Shown in pieces: positions 38,500-50,900 of a stretch of 64,000 nucleotides of DNA. The position numbers and the translations under genes were made by a program. The stretch is from Sphyrna mokarran. Taxonomy: Eukaryota. The DNA lies in the NCBI GenBank assembly GCA_024679065.1, contig JAGIQG010000028.1, positions 16,306,001-16,370,000 on the forward strand. The letters are read 5' to 3'. Numbering within the stretch: the first letter of the stretch is position 1; each line of letters starts with the position of its first letter. Under the pieces are notes generated by a model. It did not search any database. It saw nothing but the letters and a program-made list of their open reading frames with translations, and was not told the origin of the DNA.

Positions 38500-38810
38500 T
38501 GGGCAACACAATAGTTCAGTGACTATTGCTGTGCTGTGCAGATACATGGATTTGGGCCTGTGTCTGTGGGAGTTTGCGTATTCTCCCCGTGCTTGCGTGG
38601 GTTTTCTCTGGGTGCTCCGGTTTCCTCCCACATCCCAAAGATGTGCTCTTAGGCTGATTGGCAGAACAAATTCTCCCTTAATTGTCACAAAGCATAGATC
38701 TATAAACACAGACAGAGATCACGGATAGAAGTGGGAACATCGAGGTGGTGGCGTGGGCTCGTTGGGCCGAAAGGCCTGTTTCCCGTGCTGTTTTGTTCTT
38801 TGCTTTTTAA
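38500..38810 (+). mobile_element. V-domain SINE variant with CR1-type tail
   Basis: gggagtttgcgtattctccccgtgcttgcgtggg...gggtgctccggtttcctcccacatcccaaagatgtgc and tail gggccgaaaggcctgtttcccgtgctg. The head lacks a clear B box. Confidence 0.75.
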
Positions 38811-38935
38811 TAGGCATTCTTCACGTACGAGCCTAGGTGATGACTACTAAAACTATTTGGCCACATGACCAACACAACCAACCAATTTTGTCATTGCTCA
38901 TTTCCACATATGCTCTAACTAGCAGGAATCAATAA

Positions 38936-39455
38936 AGCATGGTGGCACAGTGGTTAGCACTGCTGCCTTTCAGCAGCTGGGATCTCAGTTTAATTCCCAG
39001 CTTGGGTCACTCTCTATGTGGAGTTTGCACATTCTCCTTGTGCCTGCACGGGTTTCCACCAACTGCTCTGATTTTCCCTCAGTCCAACAATGTGCAGTTT
39101 AAGTGCATTAGCCATGCTAAACTGCCTCTTTGTGCAGGGGGTATTTATTTCAATAAAACCCAATTTATGTTAGTTTCAATCTAATGGGCACAAAATCCAC
39201 AGTCCCTCGTCAGTTAGAATATTACAGGAAAGTTGGGAACAGGAAAGATGAATATGGTGCTAAACAAAATGTCTATATTATGAACTTCCACAGATTTTAC
39301 AAAATTTGCTGAGATTTAGTAATGCATTAATTAGAGGGATTAGCAGAATAAACGAGAGATTATAGGGATAGGATCTTGGTGAGACGGTTGTTGGTGGAGA
39401 CTCGATGGGCCCAATTGGCCTGCTTTGCACTGTAGGGTTTCTATGATTCTATGAA
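38936..39455 (+). mobile_element. HE1-type V-SINE split by an insertion of about 190 bp
   Basis: 5' half (ggtggcacagtggttagcactgctgcc...catgctaaactgcc) to about 39140. The 3' half resumes near 39330 (ttagagggattagc...ctatgattctatga), colinear with the copy at 47615. Confidence 0.8.
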
Positions 39456-40467
39456 ATAGGGACCTGAAACAGAAACAATGGCCGATTTTGCAGCTATAGG
39501 TCAGGGGCTAGGAGGCCAATTATATCATTTCAACTGACATTACAGCTGACATCAGCTAGCTCAGCACAGACCAGGAATTAGACTTGGGACCTCGCGCTCT
39601 AATGGCTCAGTTACATGCTGGTTTTACCACCTGAGCCATCCAGGGAATTTTGATGCAGTAATTTAATCTCATAGTTCAGGTTACTATTATAAACAATTAC
39701 TGAATCTCTCCATTAAATTACCGCCTTGTAACTCACTTCCAGTTATTGATTATCTTGTGTAGTGTATTTCCTGGCAAACTGTTTTTTCAAAAAAAAAATC
39801 TTGCATTACTCCACAATAAAGAAGCTGAACGTCTGAGGTACCACATGATAAATGTGTACCCTTTCATCTAAATTACTACACCTTTACTATGCTCAGCATT
39901 TCCACCATTCCATGGTTAAAAAGGAAAAAACCTTTAAGCAGACTATATATTATGAAGAACAACAAGTAGCTGTCAGCAAGTTTAAAGCTTTTGTGATTTG
40001 AGACATCATCAGAAGTCAAGGTTAATGATCTATCACTCTATTCCTCATCTAAATATTTCAATGGTTTTGAATCATTCAAGTCTTAGCTATTCAAGACATT
40101 ACAACCCTTTAAAGTTTAAAAGTGATAAGATTTTGTACAGTCCTTCGCTACTGTCAACAAGCAATTTTCTTAGAACAAAGTGCTAAAGTAAGTCTCTTAA
40201 AATGTTCTTGGTAACAATAGCATGAGCTCCCATATAGATTTATTTAATTCAACAGCATAAATTTTGACCAGTATTTTGGTGATGACTTTGGGAATATTTT
40301 CCATTTCAGCACCCAGTATTAGCATCAAGCACTTCTAGTAAAGGACACTATATGTTAGTTGCAGAGTAAAAGTTCCAATATATTGTGCTATGAAGCATTC
40401 CCAAAGCAAGTACATAAAGTTTCCTTTACTCCATACCTTGATCACAATGTTATTTCCACATATATAA

Positions 40468-41260
40468 TCCATAGAACTATAAAAAGGTTATGGCACAGAA
40501 AGAGGCTATTCAACCCACTTGCAATGGCTAAAAGGAAAAAAAACTAGATTTTTAAAAAATTTATTTATCCAATTCAATCAAATCAAGTCCAATTCAGAAT
40601 CTCAACAAGGGAGACATTCCTGATCTAAGCTGACAAGACAGGGCTTTCACCTCCTGTCTTGGTCTTGATCTACATGATCCAGGCTGACTGGAGCAGGCAT
40701 TGCACCTCCTTCAAGGCTTGATCTCATTTGCATCTTAGCCAAAAGGCTGAAATGCTGCTTTTAAAAATTGCTTCAAATGAAGCTAAAGAAAAACTAGATG
40801 CCCATTCTAATTTCACCTTCTAGTACCTGGTTTGTAGCATTGCAGATCACAGCATTTTATTTAAGATTTAGGTACCTTTTAAATGAGATTAGGATTTCAC
40901 CAGCTGGCGAATTCAGACATCTACCATTTTCTGGGTAAATATTTTTTTCCTGACGTCCTCTTTAATCCTCTGACTAATCACCTTAAATCTGTGCCCCCTG
41001 ATAATTGACCTTTCCAGTGTGCAAAAACAAGTCTTTCCTGTCTATTCTATCTAAGCTTCTCACAATCTTATACCCCTTAATTAAATCAGTTCTTACCCCT
41101 CTGTCTTTGTTGGATAATACAGTCCAGAACTGGCAGAGACTTGTCCATATCCATCAGCAACCACTTTATAACTGTTCAAATTCATTTTACATTGCACCCT
41201 TGCATCCAATAGACCAGGAAGACTTCCATCCCATCTGTATGAGCTCGATTTAAGGAGAAA
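40468..41260 (-). mobile_element. Old CR1 3' fragment hosting a short insertion
   Basis: Reversed CR1 tail catagaac...ggcacagaaagaggctattcaaccc and ORF2 end (caccttaaatctgtgcccc, as in the CR1 at 36505). Confidence 0.65.
40549..40781 (-). mobile_element. Short TSD-flanked retroposed element with U2 snRNA 5' motif
   Basis: Flanked by gctaaaaggaaaaaaactagat (40527-40548) and gctaaagaaaaactagat (40782-40799). Minus strand has GCCTTTTGGCTAAGAT (40732-40747, U2 nt 12-27) and an A-rich 3' end. Confidence 0.65.
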
Positions 41261-42959
41261 TGCAAACCATTCGTTCATTTTATCAGTTAGCCCCATAGGA
41301 GTATCTCTTAAGCATTCAATACCATTAAATGGTTTGATGCAAACATAAAAACAAATTTAAAGTACGCTTTCCTCACTTACCTTTTTATAACTATGCAAAA
41401 AATGACTTGATATTTTCAAAAGTTTAATTTCCAATTAAATGTTGTACAAGATCTGAATCTGCATGAATTATACAGCAGAATGCCTTATCACTGATAACTT
41501 GTTTCAAAAATTGGCAAAAGGGAATTTACTTTGTAACTAACAAATAGATTTGCTACTGATGGAAAATATTCCAATAACCTAATTTGAAAATACTTCTGCG
41601 ACAAAAGCTATGGCAAAAACTTGTCTAAGTCTTATAGTATTTTACAGTGTTCTATAAAAAATGATACTGTTGTAGCTTTTTCTTCTTATTTTGTCTTCAT
41701 CTTCCACGCTCATGGACAATGGAACAGCATCATCAAAATTCCATAAAGTAATTAGAACAGCACCACTAGTAACTCCAGTATAAATACAACATTATTTGGT
41801 TTTGAGCATTGTGGATCTGGAATATTTCACGTTCAATCCATGAACCAAGTGAGCCAATCTCACTTGGTAGAGAACTATGATCAATCTCAATACTCCTGGG
41901 AAACAGCAAAGAAACTGAAGCACAAGGTGATGCACAGGGTTCACTGTCCTGAAAAATAGAGAAGCCTATTCATTACACTATCACCACTGTTCAAATCCCA
42001 TCTCTGAAAGTTATGATAGTGGACTCAAATAAAATTAGTAATTTACGGGCTGGTTCAGGAAAATAATCTTGAAAGTTTCTGGACTGTCTTGAAACCCAAA
42101 TTGAGTTTATCAAAATTCTTCAGAAAAGTAAACCTGCCACCCATAGCTTGTCCAGTTTCCATGACTCCAGTCCTACACTAAGTTGTTAACTTTTAATGTT
42201 TCTAAGGCAACTGGTAATTGGAAAAAATGATACTTGAGCTGTGATGTCCACTTCCAAAGAGTAAAAGAAAACAAACCAGTGATGCTAATTGCAAATCTTT
42301 GAAGACATCATTTGAAAACAGCTGGGCTGTGATGCTCCAATCTATCCCTGCATGCCCCTTTCAAATATCAAACTAACACTCATGACGACCTATGAAGAAT
42401 GTCACTTTGGGCATGGTATCATAAGAATATCATACTCATTGAAATATATCCCTATATGAATCCAAAGACAATAAAAAACAAAATTAAATACAAAAAGGCA
42501 AAGTTCACAAGCATAGCAGGCCAACAAATGAAATCTTCATAATGCCATGCTTTGCATACATAAAAAATTCTAGCTAACTTACTCTCTTGCTTAATGTTCC
42601 ATACAAACATAGGCAGCTGTCTTACAGTATTGCAACTAACCACCAATAAATTTAAATTTTCAATGAGGATGCCTTAACACATCCATTGAATGAATCATTT
42701 TAAATCAATGACAAGTGTGACAACCATAACTAAAAATAAAACGTCTTCCGTGCAGAACCCAAATATAGCATTGCTGAATAATTTGCGCATTGGAGTGATC
42801 ACAAAATCATTGCTTTTTCTCTGGGTTCAATAAACAACTGGACAGTCACTCTACACAAAGATTAAGAAAAACTGACATGCTTGAATTAAGTACCTAATCT
42901 AACTTGCATTTCTATAATGAAGAAATGCTACATTATCAGAGATGGCATCTTTTAAATGA

Positions 42960-43220
42960 AATTGAAAAATAACTTGCATTTTTATACATTTCTTCCTCTC
43001 AAAGTCCAAAAGTATTTCTCATCCAATGAAATGCAGACTTAAGAACAGTTACAATTATAATTTACATAAATGCAGCAGCCAACATATGCACAAGATTCTA
43101 CAAGCAACAATGAGATAAATTATCACAATGTACTTTGCTAGCATTAGCTGAGAAGTAAATATTGGTCAGGACATGAGGCAATATCTCATGCACTTATTTG
43201 TGGGAAAAAAAGCCATCTGT
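42960..43220 (-). mobile_element. Deu-domain SINE remnant
   Basis: aacttgcattttta...atgcagcagccaacatatgcacaag...aaatattggtcaggaca aligns with 15675-15900. Confidence 0.55.
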
Positions 43221-43329
43221 AAACATAGAAATTAGAAGCAGGAGTTAACCATCACCTCAAGCAACAACATTTACTCCAGGTTTTGAAATCAACAATTATC
43301 AAGAATGTGACAATAATTGACTAATAGAT

Positions 43330-44640
43330 TGCGTCTACCAGTTTTATCTCCACTTGGAAGATTGGGTCTGGTTTATGTTGAATTTACGGATCTTAAACTA
43401 TAATGGCAGAATCCGGACTTTGGTTAGGAAACTAGGAAGAGATTGGGGAAATAGATCAGAGTACCCAACAGGTAGCTCATGGCCCTTCAGGCAGGTAAAG
43501 GGGTGTGAGAAACTTAAAAGGAGGACCAGATCACACTTGCCTTTGATGATTAAAAAGCTCAGCTTTTTTGAAGCCATTCAAAAGCATGAATTAGTTCCTT
43601 GAGAAGGGATAGGGAGGTTGGAAAGAGATGGGCTGGGGAAAGAAAAATACAGTGAAGGATCAAAATGGCATTCTGGCAGTCAGAAAGAATTTAAATGTGG
43701 TGCCACATAAGGTCTCTGAAAAACATCTCAAAATACTTCACATACAGTTAGAGGCCATTCTTCTGCAGGAATGATGTTGTATAAGGAGCAAATGAACTGG
43801 AATATCCATTAGACTGTTTTTATGGTACTGGTTAAGGGCCGAGAGGGTTCTTTGTCCAAGTGAACATTTTCAAATGCTGTCTTGGGATTGTCAAGCCTTA
43901 TCCACGACAAATAGGCTGACAGTGGATAAACCATTTGATCTGGATGGTTGGCATCCTTGGTTACTAAAAGACGTGATTAAAAAAAGTTTGTTGTAATTTT
44001 GCAATCTTCCTGAAAGTGAGATAGGTGTCCAAGGATTGAAAATAACAAATATGACAACCTTATTAAAGAAAAGGTTTTAGAACATTCCTAGTAGCTACAA
44101 GGAGGAAAGGGAAATTCAGCTGAACATTTATAAATGCTTTGGTTAGGCTAAAAATATTGGTCACCACACTTTGGGAAGGGTGCAAGTGTCTCCTCAAGTG
44201 TGCAGCAGATGTGCCAGCAATGAGAGCTTTTTAACTACAACATCAGGATGGAGATGGTAGGGTTATTCTTCTTGGAGCAAAGGAGATTAATAGGAGATCT
44301 TTCAGAGTTGTGTAAAATTATGACAGGTTTATTTCTGGTTAAAAAAAATTCCTTTCTGGCAATGCAAACATATGATGCTCACTACATTACCCTTAATCGT
44401 ACACATATTTGGGAAAAATACTGATTTTTGGACACTAAAGGAAGATGAGAAATGTTTTTTCCCCCAAACACAGCAAGTGACAATGACTTGGAACTTGCTG
44501 CCTACAAGATTGGTAGAAGCACAGATAGCCAACAATTCCAAAGAAAATTGAATGGGCACTTGAGGGAAATAATCTTGCATGACTACAGTGAAATGGTGTG
44601 GACTTGGTGGCCTCTTTCTGTGCCCAATGATTCCATCAGA
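43330..44640 (+). mobile_element. Very old CR1 remnants (endonuclease linker to 3' end)
   Basis: Patches such as LNLYKCFVR..WSPHF and a CR1 3' end (acagatagcc...ttccaaagaaaattgaatgggcacttgagg, ggcctctttctgtgc). Confidence 0.5.
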
Positions 44641-45234
44641 ACAGCTAAATAATTATCAAGTATCAAAACAAGTTCTTGCTGGCGTTTATGTTCCACGCGT
44701 GCCTTCTCTCAATCTTCAAGTGATCTGTCAGCATACCATTCTATTCCTTGTCTTTTCCCTCTGAGGTGCTCATCTTGCTTCTCTTTGAAGTAAGGCGACA
44801 AGTTTTAATTTCTCCCCATTCTCTGGATAAATAAACTTTGCCTGAATTCTCCATTTGATTTATTGGTAATTACTTTTGTGGTCTTGTGCAGCACATTGAT
44901 AATGTCCTTGCCAGAAACTCTCGATTGGAGTCCCACTCCAGAACCTGTTGGCTAAGAAAAGTGCATTCATAGCAGGCTCAACGTTTTGAAGGATTTGCAG
45001 GTTGGTACTCTAACACATGCCAATTGCAGGTAGTACAAGTGGTGGATATTCCTGGTCAACACTGATGGAAAGACAATCAGAGTCCCTACCCACACAATTC
45101 ACAGCTTCAGACTATAACATCTTGCCACAGCATCTCCGAAACCATGGGGAGCCTGGTTGGATAGATTTAGGACCTGACTCTTTACCCTACCCCTGTTGGA
45201 GATCATGACACTGCTGGTCAACACTCTTGACGCA

Positions 45235-46850
45235 CAGAACATACAAACTAGGAGGAAGAGTCCAACACTCCGTCTTTGAACTCAGCCTGCCATTCAAAAA
45301 GATCATGGCTGATCTGACTGTAACCTTCACTCCCTTGCTCATCAAGAATCTACTTCTGCCTTGAAAACATTCAGATTTTACTTCTACTGCCTTTTGAGGA
45401 AGGGAATTCCAAAGTATCTCTGCTCTCAGAGAAAAACAATCACCATTTTAAATGCGAAACCCCTTCTTTGTAAATAATTACCCTAGTTCTACATTCTCCC
45501 ACAAGACACATCGCCCCACATTCACCCTTTCAAGATTCTTCAGAACTTCATACGTTTCAATCAAGCTGTCTTTTACGCTTCCCAACTCCAGTAGATATAA
45601 GCCTATAACCAATCTTTCCTCAAAAGTTAACCTCGTATTAGTTTAGTAAACCTTCTTGAGCTACTAATGCATTTACGTTAAAGAAGGGTGTAAATGTATT
45701 AGAGCTACAGAAGTAGTAACCATCAGGTCACCCATCAGCCTTCTCTTTTCTAGAAAAAAAGAACAATAGCCTGTTCAATTTTTTCTGATAGGTCTCAGTT
45801 CTGGTATATCAGTGCCTCAATATTCTTTCTATAATATGGAGACCAGTATGACTTCAATGTTGCTGGTTTTAGTGATACAACCTGCATTGCTACTTTTAAT
45901 GATTTATATATCTTTACCTCTTGACTCCTCTGTTCCTCTGCTCTATTTAGACATTTTCCAGAGAGTATGTGACTTACTCATTTTTATCAAAATGTATCAT
46001 TTCATTTCTCATTGAAGTTCATCCACCAAATACATGCTCATTCTATAAGTTTATTCACAACTTACTGGATTTTAAACACAGTCCTCCATTATTCTAACTA
46101 TATCCAACTTGCTTTAATCTGCAAATTTTGAAGCTGTACTTTTAACTTAAGAGTTCAAATAATTTTATGTAAATACAGAATGACAGTGGTCCCAACACTG
46201 AATGTTCTGGAAAATCATTTCTACCATTAACCACTAAAATACAAACAAAATACTGCTAACATGTAACAGTTATAGCTATTTGGAGGAAGTGAGACAATTT
46301 TGCACCTTTCTCAGCCTTCTTTTTCATCATTTACACTTCCTTTGTCCAATTATACACACTCCACCTCTCCTCACCCTGAACGTAAATCTCGTCAGATTTA
46401 GGGCCATCTAAGATTTCTGGAACAGCAAGCTTGTTTCACATTCAAATGGTTCTACCAGGGCGCTGTCACAGCTGATGAGATTTTGCAACATTTTCTGTTT
46501 TGCGTCCACTATTTACCAGACTGAGTAATACCTTCAACACCTACTCTCTCTGTTTGGTCATCAGCTTGCTATTATACTGCTATATGTCCTCTGATCCCAT
46601 CTATGCTGACCTTAGTTATTATGCAGTACCTTAAAGACTTTTTGGCAATGCAAACATATGGTGCTCACTGCCCCTTAATAATTCTTTCTGGTAATTTTTC
46701 AAAATAATTCAGAAAGTTTGGTCAAATATAACATTTCCTTTTACAATCCATGCTGATTATTCTGCGATAACTTTTCAGTTTCTCGATGTTTTGCTCTAAC
46801 ATCTTTGAGTCAGGATTCCATTATGATTTGAGTGCCTCATTCGAATGGTG
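45235..46850 (-). mobile_element. Old CR1 fragments with nested hairpin element
   Basis: Reversed CR1 tail near 45235-45310, reversed gtgttgggaccactg (VLGPL) near 46185-46199 and reversed D.QK.F.KV region near 46625-46670. Confidence 0.55.
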
Positions 46851-47614
46851 ACACTTCTGACAATACAATATTTCATTAATAATTCACTGAAGAGTCATCT
46901 TAGATCATGTGTTCAAATCCTCCAAAAAGATAGCCACTTAGTGAAATCACCTATTCTATTATTTTCTTCAAATTTTTATATTTTAATATTTGCATTTCCA
47001 TTACCACTTGTTAATTATTATTTTTTGAGAAGAACTGTTTTATGATTGATGAAAAATATCTACTTAATACACTCAAATTTGCAGCCTCAATCTTCACATG
47101 AATACAAAAAATATGACACCTATGCTTGATTATTAAGCAAGATTCAAGTGTTTAGTTAATGAAAAGCATAAAGCAAATTCATAAGCATTTGCACATTTCC
47201 CTGCAGAATACAGTGTGGATTCAGGTTCCAAATTCTTCGAATTCTAAAGTCAATTTGGAATAAAATCCTTAATGTGAAATTGCTGCCAGAACAATATAGT
47301 TACATCTTCTAAGTCATTGTGGAAAATATTTTATATTTCAGTATGAAAAACGCTACCTGTGAATAATCTGATGGTATATAATCAGAAGTAGCTCAATCCC
47401 TACCACTATAAATTATCACAGATGAAACAAAGTCAAATTTGATCTTTTTCAATCAAGGTTACTAATTGTCTGGTGCATTTAGTATAAAAATAAGTTTTTA
47501 TTTTGCCAGTTTTCTCCTATATTGCCCAATCATTGTTCTCATCAGCGCCTAGAAAAAAAAGTGGGATTTTAACTCATTCAAAATCTTACATGGAGTTGGA
47601 AGGTTATTTGTGAG

Positions 47615-47910
47615 CAGGAAACAGTGGTTGGCACTGCCTACTCACAATGCCAGGGACCAGGGTTCAATTCCCAACTTGAGTCACTGTGTTTGTCGAGTTT
47701 GCACATTCTCCCCGTGTCCGCATGGGTTTCCTCCAGTTTCCTCCCACAATCAAAAGATGTGCAGATTAGGTTGATTGCTCATGCTAAATTGCCACTGAGT
47801 GTTAGAGGGCTGGCAGGGTAAATATATGGGGCTACAGGGATAGCAGTTGGGTGGAACTGTGGTCAGTATAGACTCAAAAAGCCAAGTGGCCTCTTTCTGC
47901 ATTGTAAGGA
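47615..47910 (+). mobile_element. HE1-type V-SINE, near full length
   Basis: cagtggttggcactgcc, B box gggttcaattccc, V-domain gagtttgcacattctccccgtgtccgcatgggtttcctcc, tail ggcctctttctgcattgtaagga. Confidence 0.85.
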
Positions 47911-50900
47911 AAATCCAAACCTAACCAGATGTCCACCCACATGCACATGTATCTTTCAGCTGGAGCCACCAGGTAGCAACAGGAACAGAAATTCTGAGTA
48001 AAATTTTCTTACCTAGACAAGCAACTCCTAAAGTTCCTGGGTTTAGGTCTATAAAGTTTGTGAGAATCAAGCAATTTAACATGTGACCTTCCAGATCATT
48101 GGGTACTGCTGAGCGACACAGAAATCATCAAACACCCAAAGTGCTTTGCTTCCAATAACTGCCAGGGAAATGCTAGCTTCATCAACTTTAAACCATATAA
48201 TAAATGTCAGTTAGAAAGTTAAATTACCAAAACTATCCAATAACAAGAATAGCTTAAAGATTGACTTGACTTTCAAAAAGTCATTTAGCAATGATTTCCA
48301 CTTTTTGTATTTATTTCCAAATAGCATTGATACTTTCAGAAAAGTGCACATGTATTGACCAACAAAACAAATTTCAATAATCTGAATTATTTATTTTCTA
48401 TATCATCTAGTAGATTAAATCAAGTAAGCCAATTTCACCAATACAAGAAATATGGAACACTCAGGTCAAGCAGCATCTGTGAGCAGGGGCAAAAAACCAG
48501 AGCTGAACACAATGAAACATTATTGTTTTCCTCTATTTACAGATGCAGTCTGACTTGAGTATTTCTACTATTTTGTGTTTTTATTCAGATTACCATTGCA
48601 TATTATCTTAAATAACAAACTTCACTGCTCTGAATTTAGATAACTAGTACAAGTCCCAAGTGACTTTCATGGGTGAACCCTTCAGTTACTGGTGAGTTGG
48701 TGAAAGCAAATAGTAAATGAATCAATTACATTTTCTGCTACTTGCCAGTTACTTAAATCCTGAATCAAATCTATGCCAAATTAAACCAAATTAGCCACAG
48801 GCATTATTTCAATAGACACACAAGACAAAGGATACTGACTGAATAGCTGTCAGTGCATTCCCAAATTAGAAGCCAAGATGACTCAATAACGGTGTTATGA
48901 CCATTAAATAAAGCTGTTAGAAACACTATTTTGGAACGCTCCAACACTGGAAATGTATTAACAAGAACTGAGCTGGGAAAAGTGTCAAAAATTTGAGAAA
49001 CATAGATTGCTAAAGTAACAAAACTTCAAAACATCAAAGCCCCAAACCAGCTGCTACATTTATCTACTTGACCGATTGATATAAACTAGATTCTACTGTC
49101 TGTACATCCAAAAGATAGGAGTATTGTTCTGTCCTAATAGAGAGGACAAAGCATAAAATTCAAATGAGACTAATCAAATACTAAAAAGAATAATCAGGTG
49201 AAATGTATTCAAAGAACAATCATGCTGTGGAATAAATAGCCCAAGTGAGCCACTTAAACTATTACATATAATTACATCATACTTGCAGCATAAAAAGAGT
49301 CAATTCTGCCCAATTGGTTCTGCCTGTTGTTTACCCACATTAGGCTGTCCATACCCTTCATCTCACCCCATCAACTCATCCTTCTTTTCCTTTCTCCCTC
49401 ATGTATTTCCAAGTAAACAGTATCAATGGATTAATGAGATTATAAATACATTTCTACTTCTTAAAACTAAAAAGATAGAGAAGTTAATTGGGAGGGGGTC
49501 ATCTCTGAAAAGGGCACGTCAGGCACAATGGATTTCTCATCATACCCAAGACATCATAATTATGCACTTGAAATACTTGATTTTAATTTCTACTGAACTC
49601 AGTTGAATAATCATCTTCTATTCTTGTGTACAGTTGCAAAAACAGGTGACAATTCTGCCATAATTGATGCAAATCTCCTGCTGGTCACAGCATGCTAAAA
49701 TAGTTTGTCTTCTCAAAACTACTGAGTGACCCTTATCTACTGGGAAGCATTCCTGCCTGGACATTGGATATGAATAAGATCAAAGAATTAACAGCATCCA
49801 TGGCAATGCACTTATGCAACATTGTTAGTTCAGGTGAAAGGAAGAAAGAATGATCGAAATGTTGTCATTGTTAATTGTTGTCTTGAAAGTTCATTGTTCT
49901 TTGTATATGAAGCACAGATCACATGCTCTACTGCAATAAATGCTGTCTGGTCAATTTTGGTGGAAATGCATTCCTTAAATTCCAAACAAACATTTATATA
50001 TAATGGTTGCTCTCATTATGAATGACCCAGATTTTGTAGTCAGCAACTCTCAGCTAATCTCAAAGAAAATTGTACACCAAGAACTAGCAATCTTTGTGGC
50101 ACCATGGATTTCACTTATTCTGACATAAATTTCATTTGAATGTCGGTTTTAGGAATCTAGTATTCAGTAGCAATGCTATCATGAAATGGTTAACCTGGCC
50201 CAGGTTAACCAGCCAATCATACTGAAGAATTCTCAAAGACAAGTTTTATTGTTCACTTTTTATACATTTAAGTGAAAAAATTGACTTGTTTATGGTAGAA
50301 ACTGAAATATCAAAACTTTTTTTTGAAATATCAATGGCATTTCAGAATGGAAAAATTTAATATCCCACAAATATAAAATTAATTTTTTAGGACCATAGAG
50401 GTTATTCAGCAGGGATTATGACTTAATGCTTCAATGAAAATACAGTTACATTTTCATTCAACAAGGCATGATGCTTTCCATGTTTTTTTTTAAAAAACCG
50501 ACACTAATATCTTAACAATTGAAACTCACATCGAATCAATGATTTTCATCTGCAAGGACTTCAATAGCACATCCTTTGTAGTGTGGAATCACTTGACAGA
50601 AACATGAGGATTTCTTCATTTAACTATGCTTGTGTAAATATCAAAGTTGCTGTCGGTTTTAGAGTAGCAATGGTGGATACTGACAACCACAAACTTGGGG
50701 CCAATATGTTTAGTAAGAAGTCTCACAACACCAGGTTAGAGTCCAACAGGTTTATTTGTTAGCACAAGCTTTTGGAATGTCGTTCCTTCTACAATTATGC
50801 AGTCCTTTCTTTTCACTCTGGGCTCCAAGTTGTATTCAGAGATCATAATGAGATAAGCAAACACCCTTGCACATTTTGTTAACTCAAAACATATGCCACA

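Noticed and set aside
38230-38709. 159-aa minus-strand ORF
   Set aside because: Largely the antisense of a V-SINE domain, with no recognisable protein motif.
40732-40750. U2 snRNA gene
   Set aside because: Only 16-19 nt match. No branch-point pairing region, Sm site or downstream U2 sequence. Treated as part of a mobile element.
41381-41452. 72-nt minus-strand segment ending in a perfect AAG|GTAAGT donor, considered as a CAMTA1 exon 2 equivalent
   Set aside because: Stops in all three frames, weak acceptor, and no similarity to the recalled human exon 2 peptide.
48013-48048. 36-nt phase-1 open mini-exon candidate (DLNPGTLGVACL) with GTAAGA donor
   Set aside because: Poor pyrimidine tract and lies within an old repeat remnant. 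Expected by chance.
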